Assembly (NCBI GenBank): GCA_038040485.1
Contig: JBBPIE010000006.1
Location: forward strand, 142,435 to 206,434
Reading direction: 5' to 3'
Source of the DNA: Candidatus Onstottus arcticum
Lineage (GTDB): Bacteria > Acidobacteriota > Blastocatellia > UBA7656
DNA: 64,000 nt
Both the position numbers and the translations under genes were made by a program. The notes beneath the pieces are model-generated. The model ran no database searches, was not told the DNA's origin, and worked only from the letters and a program-made list of their open reading frames with translations. Of this stretch, positions 43,011 through 53,295 are shown piece by piece; position 1 is the first letter of the stretch; each line of letters opens with the position of its first letter.

Positions 43011-44960
43011 ATGCTGCGTCTCTTGATTCTCTCTATTTTGATTTTCGGATTTGCGTACGCTGCCGGTAACCATGTCGCGGCGGCCAACTGGAAGCCTGTC
43101 ACTCCCCAAGAACTAAGGATGACGGCAGCGGCGCTTGGTGACCCTGACGCGGACGCGGCCGAGTTGTTTCGCGAGGGCGAGTTGAACGACACCTATCTGG
43201 ACGGCACCAGCCTGAAGGTCTACATCCGGATCAAGATCTTCAACGACCGCGGGCGCCGGTTCGCCGAAGTGGAGCTTCCATACCGAGTCGAGTTGGGCCG
43301 GGTAAGTGACGTCCACGCTCGAACGATTCGCCCCGACGGATCGGCGATCGAAGTCGAACCCCGGGATATCTTCGACAAGATCATTCTCAAGACCAATCAC
43401 GGCGTCTGGCGCGCAAAAGTTTTTACGATGCCTGCGGTCGAGGCCGGCGCTATCATTGAATATCGTTATCGTCGGACCTACCCGATGGGCTTTCGCTACT
43501 TCGCGCTCGACCTTCAGTCGAATCTGTTCATCAAGGAGCTTCACTACAGCATAACGCCGCCGACAGCCTCGAAGCTCGACGTTCGCTGGGTGACATTCAA
43601 CGCTCCGGACCCGCAGCGGTTCGCGCCGGTCTGGGACGGATCGTTCGACATACGGGCGGACAACATTCCGCCGTTTCGGCGCGAGATGCTGATGCCTCCC
43701 GAGCTGGGCGTGAAGATGTGGGGCTGGCTTTATTACTCGCGCGACATAGACCCCTCGCCGGAGCGGTACTGGCGCGAATACGCACAGATGCGGCATAACC
43801 GGATACTCTCCTACACGAAGCCGACGCGCGCTATCCGCCGCGTCGTCGAGACAATAACGCTCGCGCGCGACGGACCTCGCGAAAAGACCGCGCGCATTTA
43901 CGACTATGTAAAGGGCGAGATTCACAACCTGGGATTCAATGCCGATCGGGACACGGAGGCGCCGGCAGCCGATGCTGATCTCAAGAAAAACAACTCCGTA
44001 GAGGACACGATACGCCGGCGGTACGGAACGCCGAGCGACATAAACCTGCTTTTCATCTCGATGCTTCGCGCAGCTGGACTCGATGCGAGACTCGCTGAGG
44101 TGACCACTCGCGACGAAAACATCTTTCACCGGTCTTTTCCGGATGCGTTTCAGCTTAACAGCGAGTTGACCGCGGTGCCTGGCCGCGACGGCTCGGTTCA
44201 GTTCTACGACCCTGGCACGCCGTATTGCCCGGCCGGGATGCTGTCTTGGGAGAAGGAAGGGACTACCGCGCTCGTGTATGGAGCGGCGGACTGGCGCTTC
44301 GTCGAAACCCCGATGAGCGAAGCTTCGCTGAATGCCCAAGAGCGCGTGGTAAGAGCAACGGTCGCGGAGGACGGCGGTGTTCAGGCTCGCGTCGACCTGA
44401 AGATCACAGGCCAGCTTGCGATCCAGCTTCGAGGTCAGCCACCCGGTGAACGAATCAAGAACCTAATCCGCGAGTTGCGCGTCCTGCTTCAGGCAGCTCA
44501 GGTAGAGGAGTCTTCGGTAGTGGTCTCGAATCCGAAGAACTTCGCCGCGCCGGTGGCCGCCTCGTTCGAGTTCACAGTCCCGCAGCTTGCCGAGCGAACG
44601 GGAACCCGGCTGCTCGTGCGGCCAGCCTTGCTGAGTCATCGCGACGACAGTATCACCGCTGCGCCTACTCGCTCGAACAGCATTTGTTTTCCCTATCCCT
44701 GGTCCGAGATTGACCGAGCTGTAATTTCAGCGCCGGGTGGATACAAGATCGAGCAAGTGCCTGGCGCCGTCGAGCTCGACATCGGCGCAGCCCGATATCA
44801 TTCGAGCTTCGAGCGTCAGGGCGAATGTGTAGTGTACCAACGCCAGCTGGTCGTAAATGCGATAAGTATGTCGGTCGATCAGTACCCGGCCGTCAAAGCG
44901 TTTTTTGACCGGGTGCTCCAGGCGGATCGCGCGGCCGTATCGTTCAAGCAGCTACCCTGA
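43011..44960 (+). CDS. secreted DUF3857/transglutaminase-like domain protein
   Basis: ATG at 43011 gives the signal peptide MLRLLILSILIFGFAYAAG. Domain order matches DUF3857 + transglutaminase-like + DUF3858 proteins. Call is from memory. Confidence 0.55.
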   Translation: MLRLLILSILIFGFAYAAGNHVAAANWKPVTPQELRMTAAALGDPDADAAELFREGELNDTYLDGTSLKVYIRIKIFNDRGRRFAEVELPYRVELGRVSDVHARTIRPDGSAIEVEPRDIFDKIILKTNHGVWRAKVFTMPAVEAGAIIEYRYRRTYPMGFRYFALDLQSNLFIKELHYSITPPTASKLDVRWVTFNAPDPQRFAPVWDGSFDIRADNIPPFRREMLMPPELGVKMWGWLYYSRDIDPSPERYWREYAQMRHNRILSYTKPTRAIRRVVETITLARDGPREKTARIYDYVKGEIHNLGFNADRDTEAPAADADLKKNNSVEDTIRRRYGTPSDINLLFISMLRAAGLDARLAEVTTRDENIFHRSFPDAFQLNSELTAVPGRDGSVQFYDPGTPYCPAGMLSWEKEGTTALVYGAADWRFVETPMSEASLNAQERVVRATVAEDGGVQARVDLKITGQLAIQLRGQPPGERIKNLIRELRVLLQAAQVEESSVVVSNPKNFAAPVAASFEFTVPQLAERTGTRLLVRPALLSHRDDSITAAPTRSNSICFPYPWSEIDRAVISAPGGYKIEQVPGAVELDIGAARYHSSFERQGECVVYQRQLVVNAISMSVDQYPAVKAFFDRVLQADRAAVSFKQLP

Positions 44961-45404
44961 CTGGTTGAGCCGGGGATCGGCTGCGGCTTCCGAGGGTGTG
45001 GTCCATTGAGCGGCGCCGCACAAGCTTCCCCATCGCATCTCAGCAAACGCACACCCTACTTGAAAACAAACCGGCGCAAGCTCCGAAGCCCCCTGGCCAT
45101 AGTCAATCCAACAATCATTGAGGCAGACCGCCAAAGGCGCTCCGGTTGCTTCCACTGCGCGCTGGTTAGTCATGCTCGCATCTCCCCTATCTTCCTTAGA
45201 CGCAAACACCCTCGCGTTCGATTCACTTCAACCAAACTTTCTTCGCCCGGTCCGGAATAGTGAACGCCTCCGCTGCCCCCGGAATGGGACCCGGCGTTGG
45301 TCTCCGTTAGGAGGCCGGCGCTAAGATACAACCTTGAGCAACACTCGGCGGTTCTTCTACAATGTTCCCTTGCGTTCGCTCGCCTGAGCGAATCAAGCCT
45401 CATC

Positions 45405-46493
45405 ATGCTCAGACGAGTGATTCATTCATGGGAACGCAAGCTCGCTCGCCGCGACAACAACCGAGTCGTCAGACCGTTCGAGTGGGGCATTGAATTTCTC
45501 GATCGAAACGTGTCGGCGCCGAACGGCGATAGCGTCCGTTCAAACGGCAACGGCGAGAACGCTCGAGAAGCGATCTTTGATTTCAACAAGACTGCAATCG
45601 AAACGAGTCGATGCTTCTTTGAGTCCCAACCGTCCCCGGAGTTTTCGCTCGAACGCGAGTGGCTCAGTTTTCAGAGCCGGGTCCGCACTCCCTTCACCGA
45701 AAACAACACTGTTCATGCCCGGTACTTTCCAGTACCAAAGCGGGCTGGCGTTCAGAACGGCTCGCGCTCCGACGAAGTCGGCCGTGCGAACGGGCGCGCC
45801 GTGGTCGTGCTTCCTCACTGGAACGCAAAGGCCGGCGAACACGTCGCTGTTTGCGAGTTGCTGAATCGCGCGGGGTTAGCCGCAGTGCGCTTGAGCTTGC
45901 CGTATCACGATCGGCGAATGCTCCCGGGGTTCGAGCGTGCGGATTACATGGTGAGCGCCAATGTCGGGCGCACGCTTCAGGCGAATCGCCAGGCGGTGCT
46001 TGACACTCGATCGGTCGTCGACTGGCTCATCGGTCAGGGCTACGAGCGGATAGGCATCCTGGGAACAAGTCTCGGCTCTTGCATCGCTTTCTTGACGTTC
46101 ATTCACGACGAGAGGTTGCGGGTCGGCGTATACAATCACGTGTCGAGCTACTTCGGCGACGTGGTTTGGGACGGGTTGACCACGACTCACGTCAGACAAA
46201 GCCTGGAGTCGCACCTGACTCGTGAAGAAGTCCGGCAGGCCTGGCTAGCCATCAGCCCAAACTCCTACATCGACCTGTTGAGCGGCGATAAGCGGCGAGG
46301 GCTGCTCATCTCGGCCAGCTATGATTTGTCGTTCACGCCCGCGCTCTCCCGGCTTCTGTTCGCCGAATGCGACCGGCGGGAGGTCAAGCTTGATCGAAAG
46401 ATAGTCCGTTGCGGACACTACTCGCTGGGCCGCGCCCCGTACAAATACTACGCGGGTTACCTGATTGTGAACTATTTCCGCAAGCACCTCTGA
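45405..46493 (+). CDS. alpha/beta hydrolase fold protein
   Basis: ATG at 45405 downstream of a TTGAGC-18-TACAAT promoter-like pair (45338-45367). GxSxG nucleophile elbow GILGTSLGSCIAF. Confidence 0.7.
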   Translation: MLRRVIHSWERKLARRDNNRVVRPFEWGIEFLDRNVSAPNGDSVRSNGNGENAREAIFDFNKTAIETSRCFFESQPSPEFSLEREWLSFQSRVRTPFTENNTVHARYFPVPKRAGVQNGSRSDEVGRANGRAVVVLPHWNAKAGEHVAVCELLNRAGLAAVRLSLPYHDRRMLPGFERADYMVSANVGRTLQANRQAVLDTRSVVDWLIGQGYERIGILGTSLGSCIAFLTFIHDERLRVGVYNHVSSYFGDVVWDGLTTTHVRQSLESHLTREEVRQAWLAISPNSYIDLLSGDKRRGLLISASYDLSFTPALSRLLFAECDRREVKLDRKIVRCGHYSLGRAPYKYYAGYLIVNYFRKHL

Positions 46494-46664
46494 ATCTCGG
46501 CGAGCGGCGCTCGCCCCTGGAATCCGAAGCTCCAGCGATCGACCCCTGAGCGGCGCAGTCTCATGTTTGGTGGGTGTCCGAGTTACCGGGGACTACATTT
46601 CATGAGGCATACTCTTTTCCCTCGTGCTATGATTCAGGTGATTGAGTTGTCAGCAGGATTAGAT

Positions 46665-46949
46665 ATGCCAATCTACCGGTACGTATGCGAGAAGTGCGGC
46701 TCACAGACCGAGGTGATGCAAAAGCTCAGCGACGCACCGCTGAAGCGATGCAAGAAGTGCCGGGGAAAACTCGAGAAAGCGGTTTCGCGAACAAGCTTCC
46801 AGTTGAAAGGCTCTGGCTGGTATGTGACCGATTACCCGAACAAACCCGCCGCCGCGAAGAGCAAGACCGAAGGAAGCAGCGACACCAAATCCGAGAGCAC
46901 TCCCGCGCCGGCGAAAAAGGATACAGCGGCCATCGGTTCAGGCGATTGA
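46665..46949 (+). CDS. FmdB-family zinc-ribbon regulatory protein
   Basis: MPIYRYVCEKCGSQTEVMQKLSDAPLKRCKKCRGKLEKAVS: CxxC...CxxC zinc ribbon with the FmdB N-terminal consensus. Ser/Thr/Lys-rich tail. Confidence 0.8.
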   Translation: MPIYRYVCEKCGSQTEVMQKLSDAPLKRCKKCRGKLEKAVSRTSFQLKGSGWYVTDYPNKPAAAKSKTEGSSDTKSESTPAPAKKDTAAIGSGD

Positions 46950-46977
46950 CATTAGTATCTGTCGACTTCTTTAAGGA

Positions 46978-47010
46978 GAGGCCGGTTGCACACGCCGGCC
47001 TTTTGTATTT
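46978..47010 (+). terminator. rho-independent terminator
   Basis: AGGCCGG-ttgcacacg-CCGGCCT followed by TTTTGTATTT. Confidence 0.7.
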
Positions 47011-47216
47011 GGAGGTGAGGCGGGCCGAGGAGCGATGAGGATGGTGTTTTCGGTCTGGCCGCAAGTTTTCTACGTCGGGACGTTCCTTAAATCGTGAAGA
47101 TCGATCGCCACAAGCGTGATGTAGATGGAAAGAAAGAGCCAACTTCGCCTTGCAGCGCGGCATCTTAAGGGCTGAAAACTAATTGAGACTTGACGGCGTA
47201 ATAGTAATGAAAGGAG

Positions 47217-47483
47217 ATGAAGATGGCTAGCTTCCGGGATCCGGCCAGGACGTTCGAACCGATCGAAGTCATTGAGCGGCTCCTAGAGATCATAGACTAC
47301 TTCGGGCACGAACCGGTCTTGTATCTGTCGTCGAGCGACGATCTGGCTACCTACCTGGATTCGTTCGGGTTCGACGTCTACAGCCTCACTGCAAATACTA
47401 ACGAGGCGTTCGATACAACGACGCGCAGTGTTTCAATCTTGCCCAACGGCAGCCGCTCCCACAACAGTCTCACCGCGCACTGA
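47217..47483 (+). CDS. hypothetical small acidic protein (88 aa)
   Basis: SD AAAGGAG 5 nt upstream of the ATG. A promoter-like TTGAGA-16-TAATGA lies upstream. A strong terminator follows. Confidence 0.5.
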   Translation: MKMASFRDPARTFEPIEVIERLLEIIDYFGHEPVLYLSSSDDLATYLDSFGFDVYSLTANTNEAFDTTTRSVSILPNGSRSHNSLTAH

Positions 47484-47505
47484 TATTTACCGATCAACGA
47501 ACAAA

Positions 47506-47539
47506 GGCAAGGGGAGCGAAGCCGCTCCCCTTGCCTTTT
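47506..47539. terminator. bidirectional rho-independent terminator between convergent genes
   Basis: GGCAAGGGGAGCG-aagc-CGCTCCCCTTGCC, T-run on the + strand (TTTTGC) and A-run before it. Confidence 0.75.
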
Positions 47540-47561
47540 GCAATCAAACCGAAATGTTCGA

Positions 47562-48809
47562 TCAGTTTCGCTTCTGGCTCTTTCGGAGGTCCGCTGACGC
47601 CGACTGTGATTCGAGCAGATCGCTGCGAAGAAGCTCCGCCAGCCTGACATCGCCGCTGGTTACAACCTTGCGACTCGATACTGCGGCCCGGCCGAACACC
47701 GGAAGCGGTGCGAGATGCCCCGCCTTGCGAGCCCGAAGCGCAGTCCGATAGCGTGACTCGCGCGGGTTTATCTCGTGAGCAGCTCGGAAGTGTTCCCGAG
47801 CAAGCACCACTTTTTCCTGTCCTAAATAGATCAGCCCGAGGTGATAAAGTGCGGCGTCGAACCTGGGATCGATTTCGACGCATCGACGCAAGTGCCGGAC
47901 AGCAATCTCGATTCGCCCGGCTTCAAGATAAGCGCGGCCGACCAGGTAATACATCTCGGCGGTTGGCTTCAGCCTAAGCGCCCGCCTCAGGTGCGTCAGC
48001 GCTTCACGAACGCGACCTTCACTGACCAGTATCCGCCCCAGTCCATAATGCCCGGTGAACGAGTTCTTCTTAATCTTAAGGGCGCGGCCCAAGTGCCCCT
48101 TGGCTGAAGCCAGGTCTCCAGCGTCGCCGCAGATAACTCCGAGCATCAAGAGGGCGAGGTAGTTGTCCGTTTCTCGAACGACCACCCGCTCGAGGTAAGC
48201 CCGAGACAGCACTGGTTTGTTCACCCGAAAGAAATGCTCACCTATGAAGAACGCCAACGCCGGATTCATCGGGTCCAGGACAAGCGCTTTTTCAAAGTAG
48301 CGAATGCCGCGCTTCGAGTTGCCCTCTATGAACAAATCCGCGCCAGTGTCCAGGAGACGAGCGAACAAGTCGAAGTTCTCACCCGCGAAGCCACTCAGCA
48401 TCCGCTCGACCTGCTTCTCGAACTGCTCGTGCTCGCTTGTCTCTTCGTAGTGTTCGGCAATGCGGTCGCGCCAGAGCGTTTCGAGCTTGCCGCCTTCGAC
48501 CGCTCCCCTCTCGGACAAATGCTCGACCAGCGCGTCAAGCATCGCATGATCATAGAGTCCGCTCGTCGCCTGACGATGAACCAGCTCGAGCATCAACTCG
48601 AGTCTCTCGTGCGCGCGATCAAGCTGTGTCTCGAGGGCGCTGATCCGCTCGAGCAGGTGCTCTTCAATGGTAGGGCGGGTGAGGCTTTCGACTCCCCCGT
48701 TGGCTGCCGCCGCCGCCGTGCTGGTGATCAGCATCAGCCGCATTCCACACGCCGAGCACGTCTCGCGGTTGTAAGGATTCGGATGAGTGCACTGCTGACA
48801 AAGGATCAT
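47562..48809 (-). CDS. zinc-ribbon + TPR-repeat protein
   Basis: N-terminal CxxC...CxxC (MILCQQCTHPNPYNRETCSACG), coiled-coil region, C-terminal TPR repeats. Confidence 0.7.
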   Translation of the reverse strand: MILCQQCTHPNPYNRETCSACGMRLMLITSTAAAAANGGVESLTRPTIEEHLLERISALETQLDRAHERLELMLELVHRQATSGLYDHAMLDALVEHLSERGAVEGGKLETLWRDRIAEHYEETSEHEQFEKQVERMLSGFAGENFDLFARLLDTGADLFIEGNSKRGIRYFEKALVLDPMNPALAFFIGEHFFRVNKPVLSRAYLERVVVRETDNYLALLMLGVICGDAGDLASAKGHLGRALKIKKNSFTGHYGLGRILVSEGRVREALTHLRRALRLKPTAEMYYLVGRAYLEAGRIEIAVRHLRRCVEIDPRFDAALYHLGLIYLGQEKVVLAREHFRAAHEINPRESRYRTALRARKAGHLAPLPVFGRAAVSSRKVVTSGDVRLAELLRSDLLESQSASADLRKSQKRN

Positions 48810-48914
48810 TGCTATCCAAGCCGCCTGGAAACTAGTTCGTTTGGGCCTCTACCCTCAAACTGGCCCCGGCAGCCGCTTTCATTCCGGCGAGACGGACCAA
48901 ACTTGCCGAGCCAC

Positions 48915-49802
48915 TTAGTACTGATAGAATCCTCTCCCGCTCTTACGGCCCAGCCAGCCCGCATCAACATATTTCTTGAGCATCTGACAAGGCCGGTACT
49001 TTGAATCATTGAAGCCATCATATAGCACATTCATTATCGAGAGGCAAACATCGAGCCCGATAAAATCCGCCAACTGTAGAGGGCCCATCGGATGATTCAT
49101 GCCGAGCCTCATTACTTCGTCGATCGCTTCGGGCGTCCCGACTCCTTCGTACAGAGCAAAGACGGCTTCGTTGATCATCGGCATCAGCACTCGGTTCGAC
49201 ACAAACCCCGGGGAATCGTTGACTTCGACCGGGACTTTCCCCATCAATTCGGCAAGTCGCCGGGTCGCATCATAAGTGTCATCCGATGTTGCAGCACCGC
49301 GAATTATCTCGATTAGCTTCATCACCGGCACTGGATTCATGAAGTGCATGCCAATGAAGTGGTCGGGCCGGGAAGTCACCGAGGCGAGCTTCGTGATTGA
49401 AATCGAACTGGTGTTGCTTGCAAGTACCACCTCGGGCCGCGTGACCCTGTCGAGTTGCCGGAAGATATCGGACTTTACCGAGAAGTCTTCGTTAACCGCC
49501 TCGATTGCGAAGTCGGATTCGCCAAGATCGTCTATCGAGGTCGTCGGGTTTATCCGCGCGACGATCTCGAGCTTTTCCGCGGCGGTCAGGCGGCCCTTGT
49601 CGAAATCGCGCTGCAAGCTCTTCTCGATGATTGCCATGCCGCGCTCCAAGACCTCGCCGCTGACGTCGCGCATCACGACGTTCAGCCCCGCGCGCGCCGC
49701 GACCTGCGCGATACCGCTTCCCATCGTTCCCGCGCCCACAACCCCGATCGTCGTGATCAAATTCGTGCCCTCATTTCTTAGTGGCCGGATTATATCCGAC
49801 AC
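48915..49802 (-). CDS. hbd: 3-hydroxybutyryl-CoA / 3-hydroxyacyl-CoA dehydrogenase
   Basis: IGVVGAGTMGSGIAQV Rossmann motif plus the full 3HCDH N- and C-domains. True start probably TTG at 49760 rather than GTG at 49802. Confidence 0.85.
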   Translation of the reverse strand: MSDIIRPLRNEGTNLITTIGVVGAGTMGSGIAQVAARAGLNVVMRDVSGEVLERGMAIIEKSLQRDFDKGRLTAAEKLEIVARINPTTSIDDLGESDFAIEAVNEDFSVKSDIFRQLDRVTRPEVVLASNTSSISITKLASVTSRPDHFIGMHFMNPVPVMKLIEIIRGAATSDDTYDATRRLAELMGKVPVEVNDSPGFVSNRVLMPMINEAVFALYEGVGTPEAIDEVMRLGMNHPMGPLQLADFIGLDVCLSIMNVLYDGFNDSKYRPCQMLKKYVDAGWLGRKSGRGFYQY

Positions 49803-49865
49803 TCGGCAAAGTGAGCAGAGTTTTTCCGAGACTCGCCGCTTGCTCTCCCAAACACGCGCAGCAGT

Positions 49866-51806
49866 CTACTTTTCGCGGCTGTCGCCACACAGCACGGAGA
49901 GACGCTGTTGCACGTTTGTTCGATCCGGGGCGTTCGGAAGAGCCAGCTCAAGGTACCTGGAGTACTCCGCGCAAGCTCGGCTGATATCTCCAAGATGCTC
50001 GTAAACAGCTCCCAGCGACGCGCGAATTGGCGCGTATCTGGGAGGGGCTTGTCCCGCAGCTTGTTCGAGAGCGTCCCTTGCTGCTTCGTAGCGTCCTCTC
50101 GCGATGTAGAACATACCCAGGTTGTATGTCCCAACGGCCCGCGGCCATAGCTCGACAGACCGAAGCAAGTTCTTCTCGGCTCGAGCCATGTCCTTGCGTT
50201 CCGAATACAGAAGCCCGAGGTTTACATGAACGGTGGCCAGACCGTTTCGGGTCGCCGGAGATAGTTCAATTGCGGCCCTGGCCTGCTCCAGGTAGTCGAT
50301 TGCCTGATCTAGTTTGCCGTTGTGCTTCGAGAAGTAACTCAGGTTCATATAGCCGCCGGCAAACTGCGGGTCGAGTTCGATCGCCTTGCGGGCGGACGCT
50401 TCGGCGTCTCGAGTGCTCCCCGCGACGAAGTAGTTCTGGGAAATCGCTGAATATGCCCGGCCAGAGAAGGGCTCAACGGCAATGCAATTGCGAAGCACCG
50501 AGATCGTGTTCTTCCATACCCGATTCTGCGCAAAGCAGACGCCGCCCCAGATCGTGACTAACAAGCCGAGCACAGCGGCGGCCACCTTCTCCTCCCCAGG
50601 CGAAAAGCAGGTTCGCGTTGTCAGCCATTGAATCCCCAGACCGGCAGCCAGACAGAAACCGACTGACGGCAAATACAGATAACGCTCTTGAACCATGTAC
50701 TCGGGGTCAAACTGACGAAGCGCCGCAAGCGATGGCGCGAGCCAAACGATAAACCACACAGCGGAAAACAGAAGCAGTTTCGATCTGGTGAGTGCGATGC
50801 AAATGGCCAGCGCGACTAGCATCGCTATCGGGGCCAGAAACCGCGCGCTCGCCACACCTTCAACAAAGTAAGTGAGATGCTGGTAGCTGTATCCCCAGGG
50901 CAACACCATCAGCTTTAGATACTTTGCCACCGCCATCGGAATGGTCATCAGCGCCGGCCAAAGAGGATAGCGCGGGCCGGTCCCGAACAACGCCGAGCCA
51001 ATTGCCCCGTAGCGCATCAGGAAATACAAGACCGTCGGCAGCGAAAACCCCAGGCCAAGGATGACGGCTTGCCGGAGCCTTCGCTTGAGGTTTGTCTGCT
51101 CGCTGAAATGAATCAACTCGCAGTACGTTACTATCAAGGGGAAAGCCAGCGCCGTTTCCTTGCATAGCAGCGCAAGGAAATAAGCAACCAGGGTCAAAGC
51201 GAGAAAGTTTTTTCGGCCGGTCTTCCGGTAGCGCAGATAGAAATAGAAGCCCGGCAGAACCATCAGCGCCATTAGCGGGTCGGTTACCCCGGAGATCCAC
51301 GCAACTGATTCGGCATGTGCGGGATGAACCGCAAACAAGCAGGCGCTTGCAACGCTGACCCAGCGCTGCTCGGTCAATTCGAGGAGGACCTTGAACACCA
51401 GCGCCGTCACGCCGGCATGAATGAACACGTTCGCCAGATGCCATCCCCAGGCCTTCGTCCCAAAGATCGAATAGTTGATCGACAGCAGGACGTTGAACAG
51501 CGGCCGATAGTAGGAGTCAACCGAGAAGACGATGTCGCTGGTTGCAAACGACCAAACCGAGTTGGTGAAGGCGAACGGGATGTTTCGCAGTTCCTTGATG
51601 AGCTGGTTGTTTAGAATCTGCTGCGAGTCGTCGAGGGCGAAATCGTCCCAGAGCGAGTTAAGGGATCCCAATACTGCCAGCAGCGCCGGGACAAGCGGAT
51701 TGGCAAACCACCCGGCGGCGTGCAGCGCCGCCGGTCCGCCAGGTTTTCGGGCTTCGCCTTCCGCTTCCGCCGGGGAAGAAGTCCTTGGTTTCTTTCTCTT
51801 GGGCAT
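49866..51806 (-). CDS. TMTC-like TPR-repeat membrane protein (DUF1736; putative GT-C O-mannosyltransferase-like)
   Basis: N-terminal multi-TM domain with the DDxxxIxxN ... YYRP ... GWHLxNVxxHA signature (LWDDFALDDSQQILNNQ, SYYRPLFNVLL, GWHLANVFIHAG). C-terminal TPR repeats. Confidence 0.75.
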   Translation of the reverse strand: MPKRKKPRTSSPAEAEGEARKPGGPAALHAAGWFANPLVPALLAVLGSLNSLWDDFALDDSQQILNNQLIKELRNIPFAFTNSVWSFATSDIVFSVDSYYRPLFNVLLSINYSIFGTKAWGWHLANVFIHAGVTALVFKVLLELTEQRWVSVASACLFAVHPAHAESVAWISGVTDPLMALMVLPGFYFYLRYRKTGRKNFLALTLVAYFLALLCKETALAFPLIVTYCELIHFSEQTNLKRRLRQAVILGLGFSLPTVLYFLMRYGAIGSALFGTGPRYPLWPALMTIPMAVAKYLKLMVLPWGYSYQHLTYFVEGVASARFLAPIAMLVALAICIALTRSKLLLFSAVWFIVWLAPSLAALRQFDPEYMVQERYLYLPSVGFCLAAGLGIQWLTTRTCFSPGEEKVAAAVLGLLVTIWGGVCFAQNRVWKNTISVLRNCIAVEPFSGRAYSAISQNYFVAGSTRDAEASARKAIELDPQFAGGYMNLSYFSKHNGKLDQAIDYLEQARAAIELSPATRNGLATVHVNLGLLYSERKDMARAEKNLLRSVELWPRAVGTYNLGMFYIARGRYEAARDALEQAAGQAPPRYAPIRASLGAVYEHLGDISRACAEYSRYLELALPNAPDRTNVQQRLSVLCGDSREK

Positions 51807-52048
51807 TCAGGAAAGCAAACTGGAGTGCACTCGATTCGGCCGCGGCCGCGTATTATTGAAAGTGAGGCTGCGCATTACCGATGGGATTCTAAGCATGCAC
51901 GCTACGGCGACGCAAGTATTGCCCGCTCAATAGACGGTCGCTTGTGCAGTTACCCTCTTGATCAGCCGGCTAGGCTTAGCCGGATGGCGGTTGAGGGATA
52001 TAATGAAACCGGCTCGATGCCGGGGTAGTCTTGAAAGGAGTCGTTGTC

Positions 52049-53044
52049 ATGAAGAAGTTTGCTATCGTAGTTATGCTCGCAATGGTGCTGGTCACCGCTG
52101 GATCGAAGGTGACCACAGCGCATTCGGACGCGCAATCAAGCGGTCTGCTTCAGTTGCTTCCAGACGGTAACATCCTCGCCGTAATCGACGTTCAACGAAT
52201 GACCTCCAGCAGCTTGTGGGCGACGCTCAGCACGCAGCCAAAAGTTAAGCCGACTCTCGACAAGATGCAGTCCGATATCTCTGAGATCGGCGTTCGTTTC
52301 TCTGACATACAGACTATCGTTCTTGTCTTCTCCGGCAAAGACTTTAACGCCCCGACCGTAGCCGTGAGCGGCGGCTTCGATCAGGCCGCGGTGCTGTCGA
52401 AGCTAAGGTCAAACAGGAAAGTCAAACTCACTTTTGAGAAGTACAAGAACTACGACGTGTACAGGTCCGATGCCGTGCCGCTCCCCGCCAAAGACGACGG
52501 TGTCAAGCCGAGCGCGGGAGTACCGGCGGTCCAGACAAATGAAACGTCGTTCTGCTTCTACGATTCCAGCACGGTGGTTGTGGGCTCCGCCGCAAGCGTG
52601 CGAGCTTCAGTTGACACCAAGACCGGCGCGCGGACGAGCGTTGCTCAGAACGCCCGGCTGACCGAAGCGATCGCGCAGAACTCTTCGGCTGCCATCCGTT
52701 TCGCAATGATCATGACGCCGTCGATGGCAACAGGACTGTCTTCAAGCCAACTGCCGATTCCGGACTTTTCATCGGTGAATCTGATCTTTGGCGCGCTCGA
52801 TGTTGCGTCGGGCCTGGACCTGAATGCGACGCTGCGTAACGACACCGCCGACCACGCCAGGTCTGTAGCCGAGCGTTTAAACAGCCTGCTCACGATGGCC
52901 AGGGGATTCCTGGGCTCGGCTAGCGACGGAAAGTTCTCCTCGGTGAACGATGCGCTCAAGTCGGTGAGCATCGTCGGCAACGACATCGACGTCACGATAA
53001 CCGCCAGCCTGCCTCAGGAGTTCTTTACCCAGCTCTTTAAATAG
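52049..53044 (+). CDS. hypothetical secreted protein
   Basis: ATG at 52049 with SD AAAGGAG. Signal peptide MKKFAIVVMLAMVLVTAGSKVTTAHS. Confidence 0.6.
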   Translation: MKKFAIVVMLAMVLVTAGSKVTTAHSDAQSSGLLQLLPDGNILAVIDVQRMTSSSLWATLSTQPKVKPTLDKMQSDISEIGVRFSDIQTIVLVFSGKDFNAPTVAVSGGFDQAAVLSKLRSNRKVKLTFEKYKNYDVYRSDAVPLPAKDDGVKPSAGVPAVQTNETSFCFYDSSTVVVGSAASVRASVDTKTGARTSVAQNARLTEAIAQNSSAAIRFAMIMTPSMATGLSSSQLPIPDFSSVNLIFGALDVASGLDLNATLRNDTADHARSVAERLNSLLTMARGFLGSASDGKFSSVNDALKSVSIVGNDIDVTITASLPQEFFTQLFK

Positions 53045-53079
53045 TGTCTGGGCCGATAGTCTGCCAGCTTGAAGGAAAC

Positions 53080-53122
53080 GAGGGCCACGGAATTCGAATC
53101 GTTCCGTGGCCCTCGCTCTTTG
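53080..53122 (+). terminator. rho-independent terminator
   Basis: GAGGGCCACGGAA-ttcgaatcg-TTCCGTGGCCCTC followed by GCTCTTTGTCG. Confidence 0.7.
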
Positions 53123-53174
53123 TCGAGCTGACAACCTTCGGGTGTAGTCTGGGTATTGGTTCAGTTTGAGATTT

Positions 53175-53230
53175 GTGTCAGTAGCTCGACCGTCAGGGAG
53201 AGCTCTCCCTAACGGTCGAGCTACTGACAC
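53175..53230. repeat. family-B 56-nt palindrome, copy 2
   Basis: tgtgtcagtagctcgaccgtcagggagagctctccctaacggtcgagctactgacaca is near-identical to 28888-28946. Confidence 0.75.
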
Positions 53231-53295
53231 AAGTTTCAAAGTGAACCACCACCGTAGTCTGAGTGTCCTTGGTCTTTGGTGAAGACCATGCAGAG

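Noticed and set aside
42504-43109. 201-aa minus-strand ORF 42504-43109 as a single gene
   Set aside because: Only the last 87 codons have an SD and an ATG (42767). The upstream 114 codons are low-complexity and overlap the divergent promoter and signal-peptide region of the DUF3857 gene.
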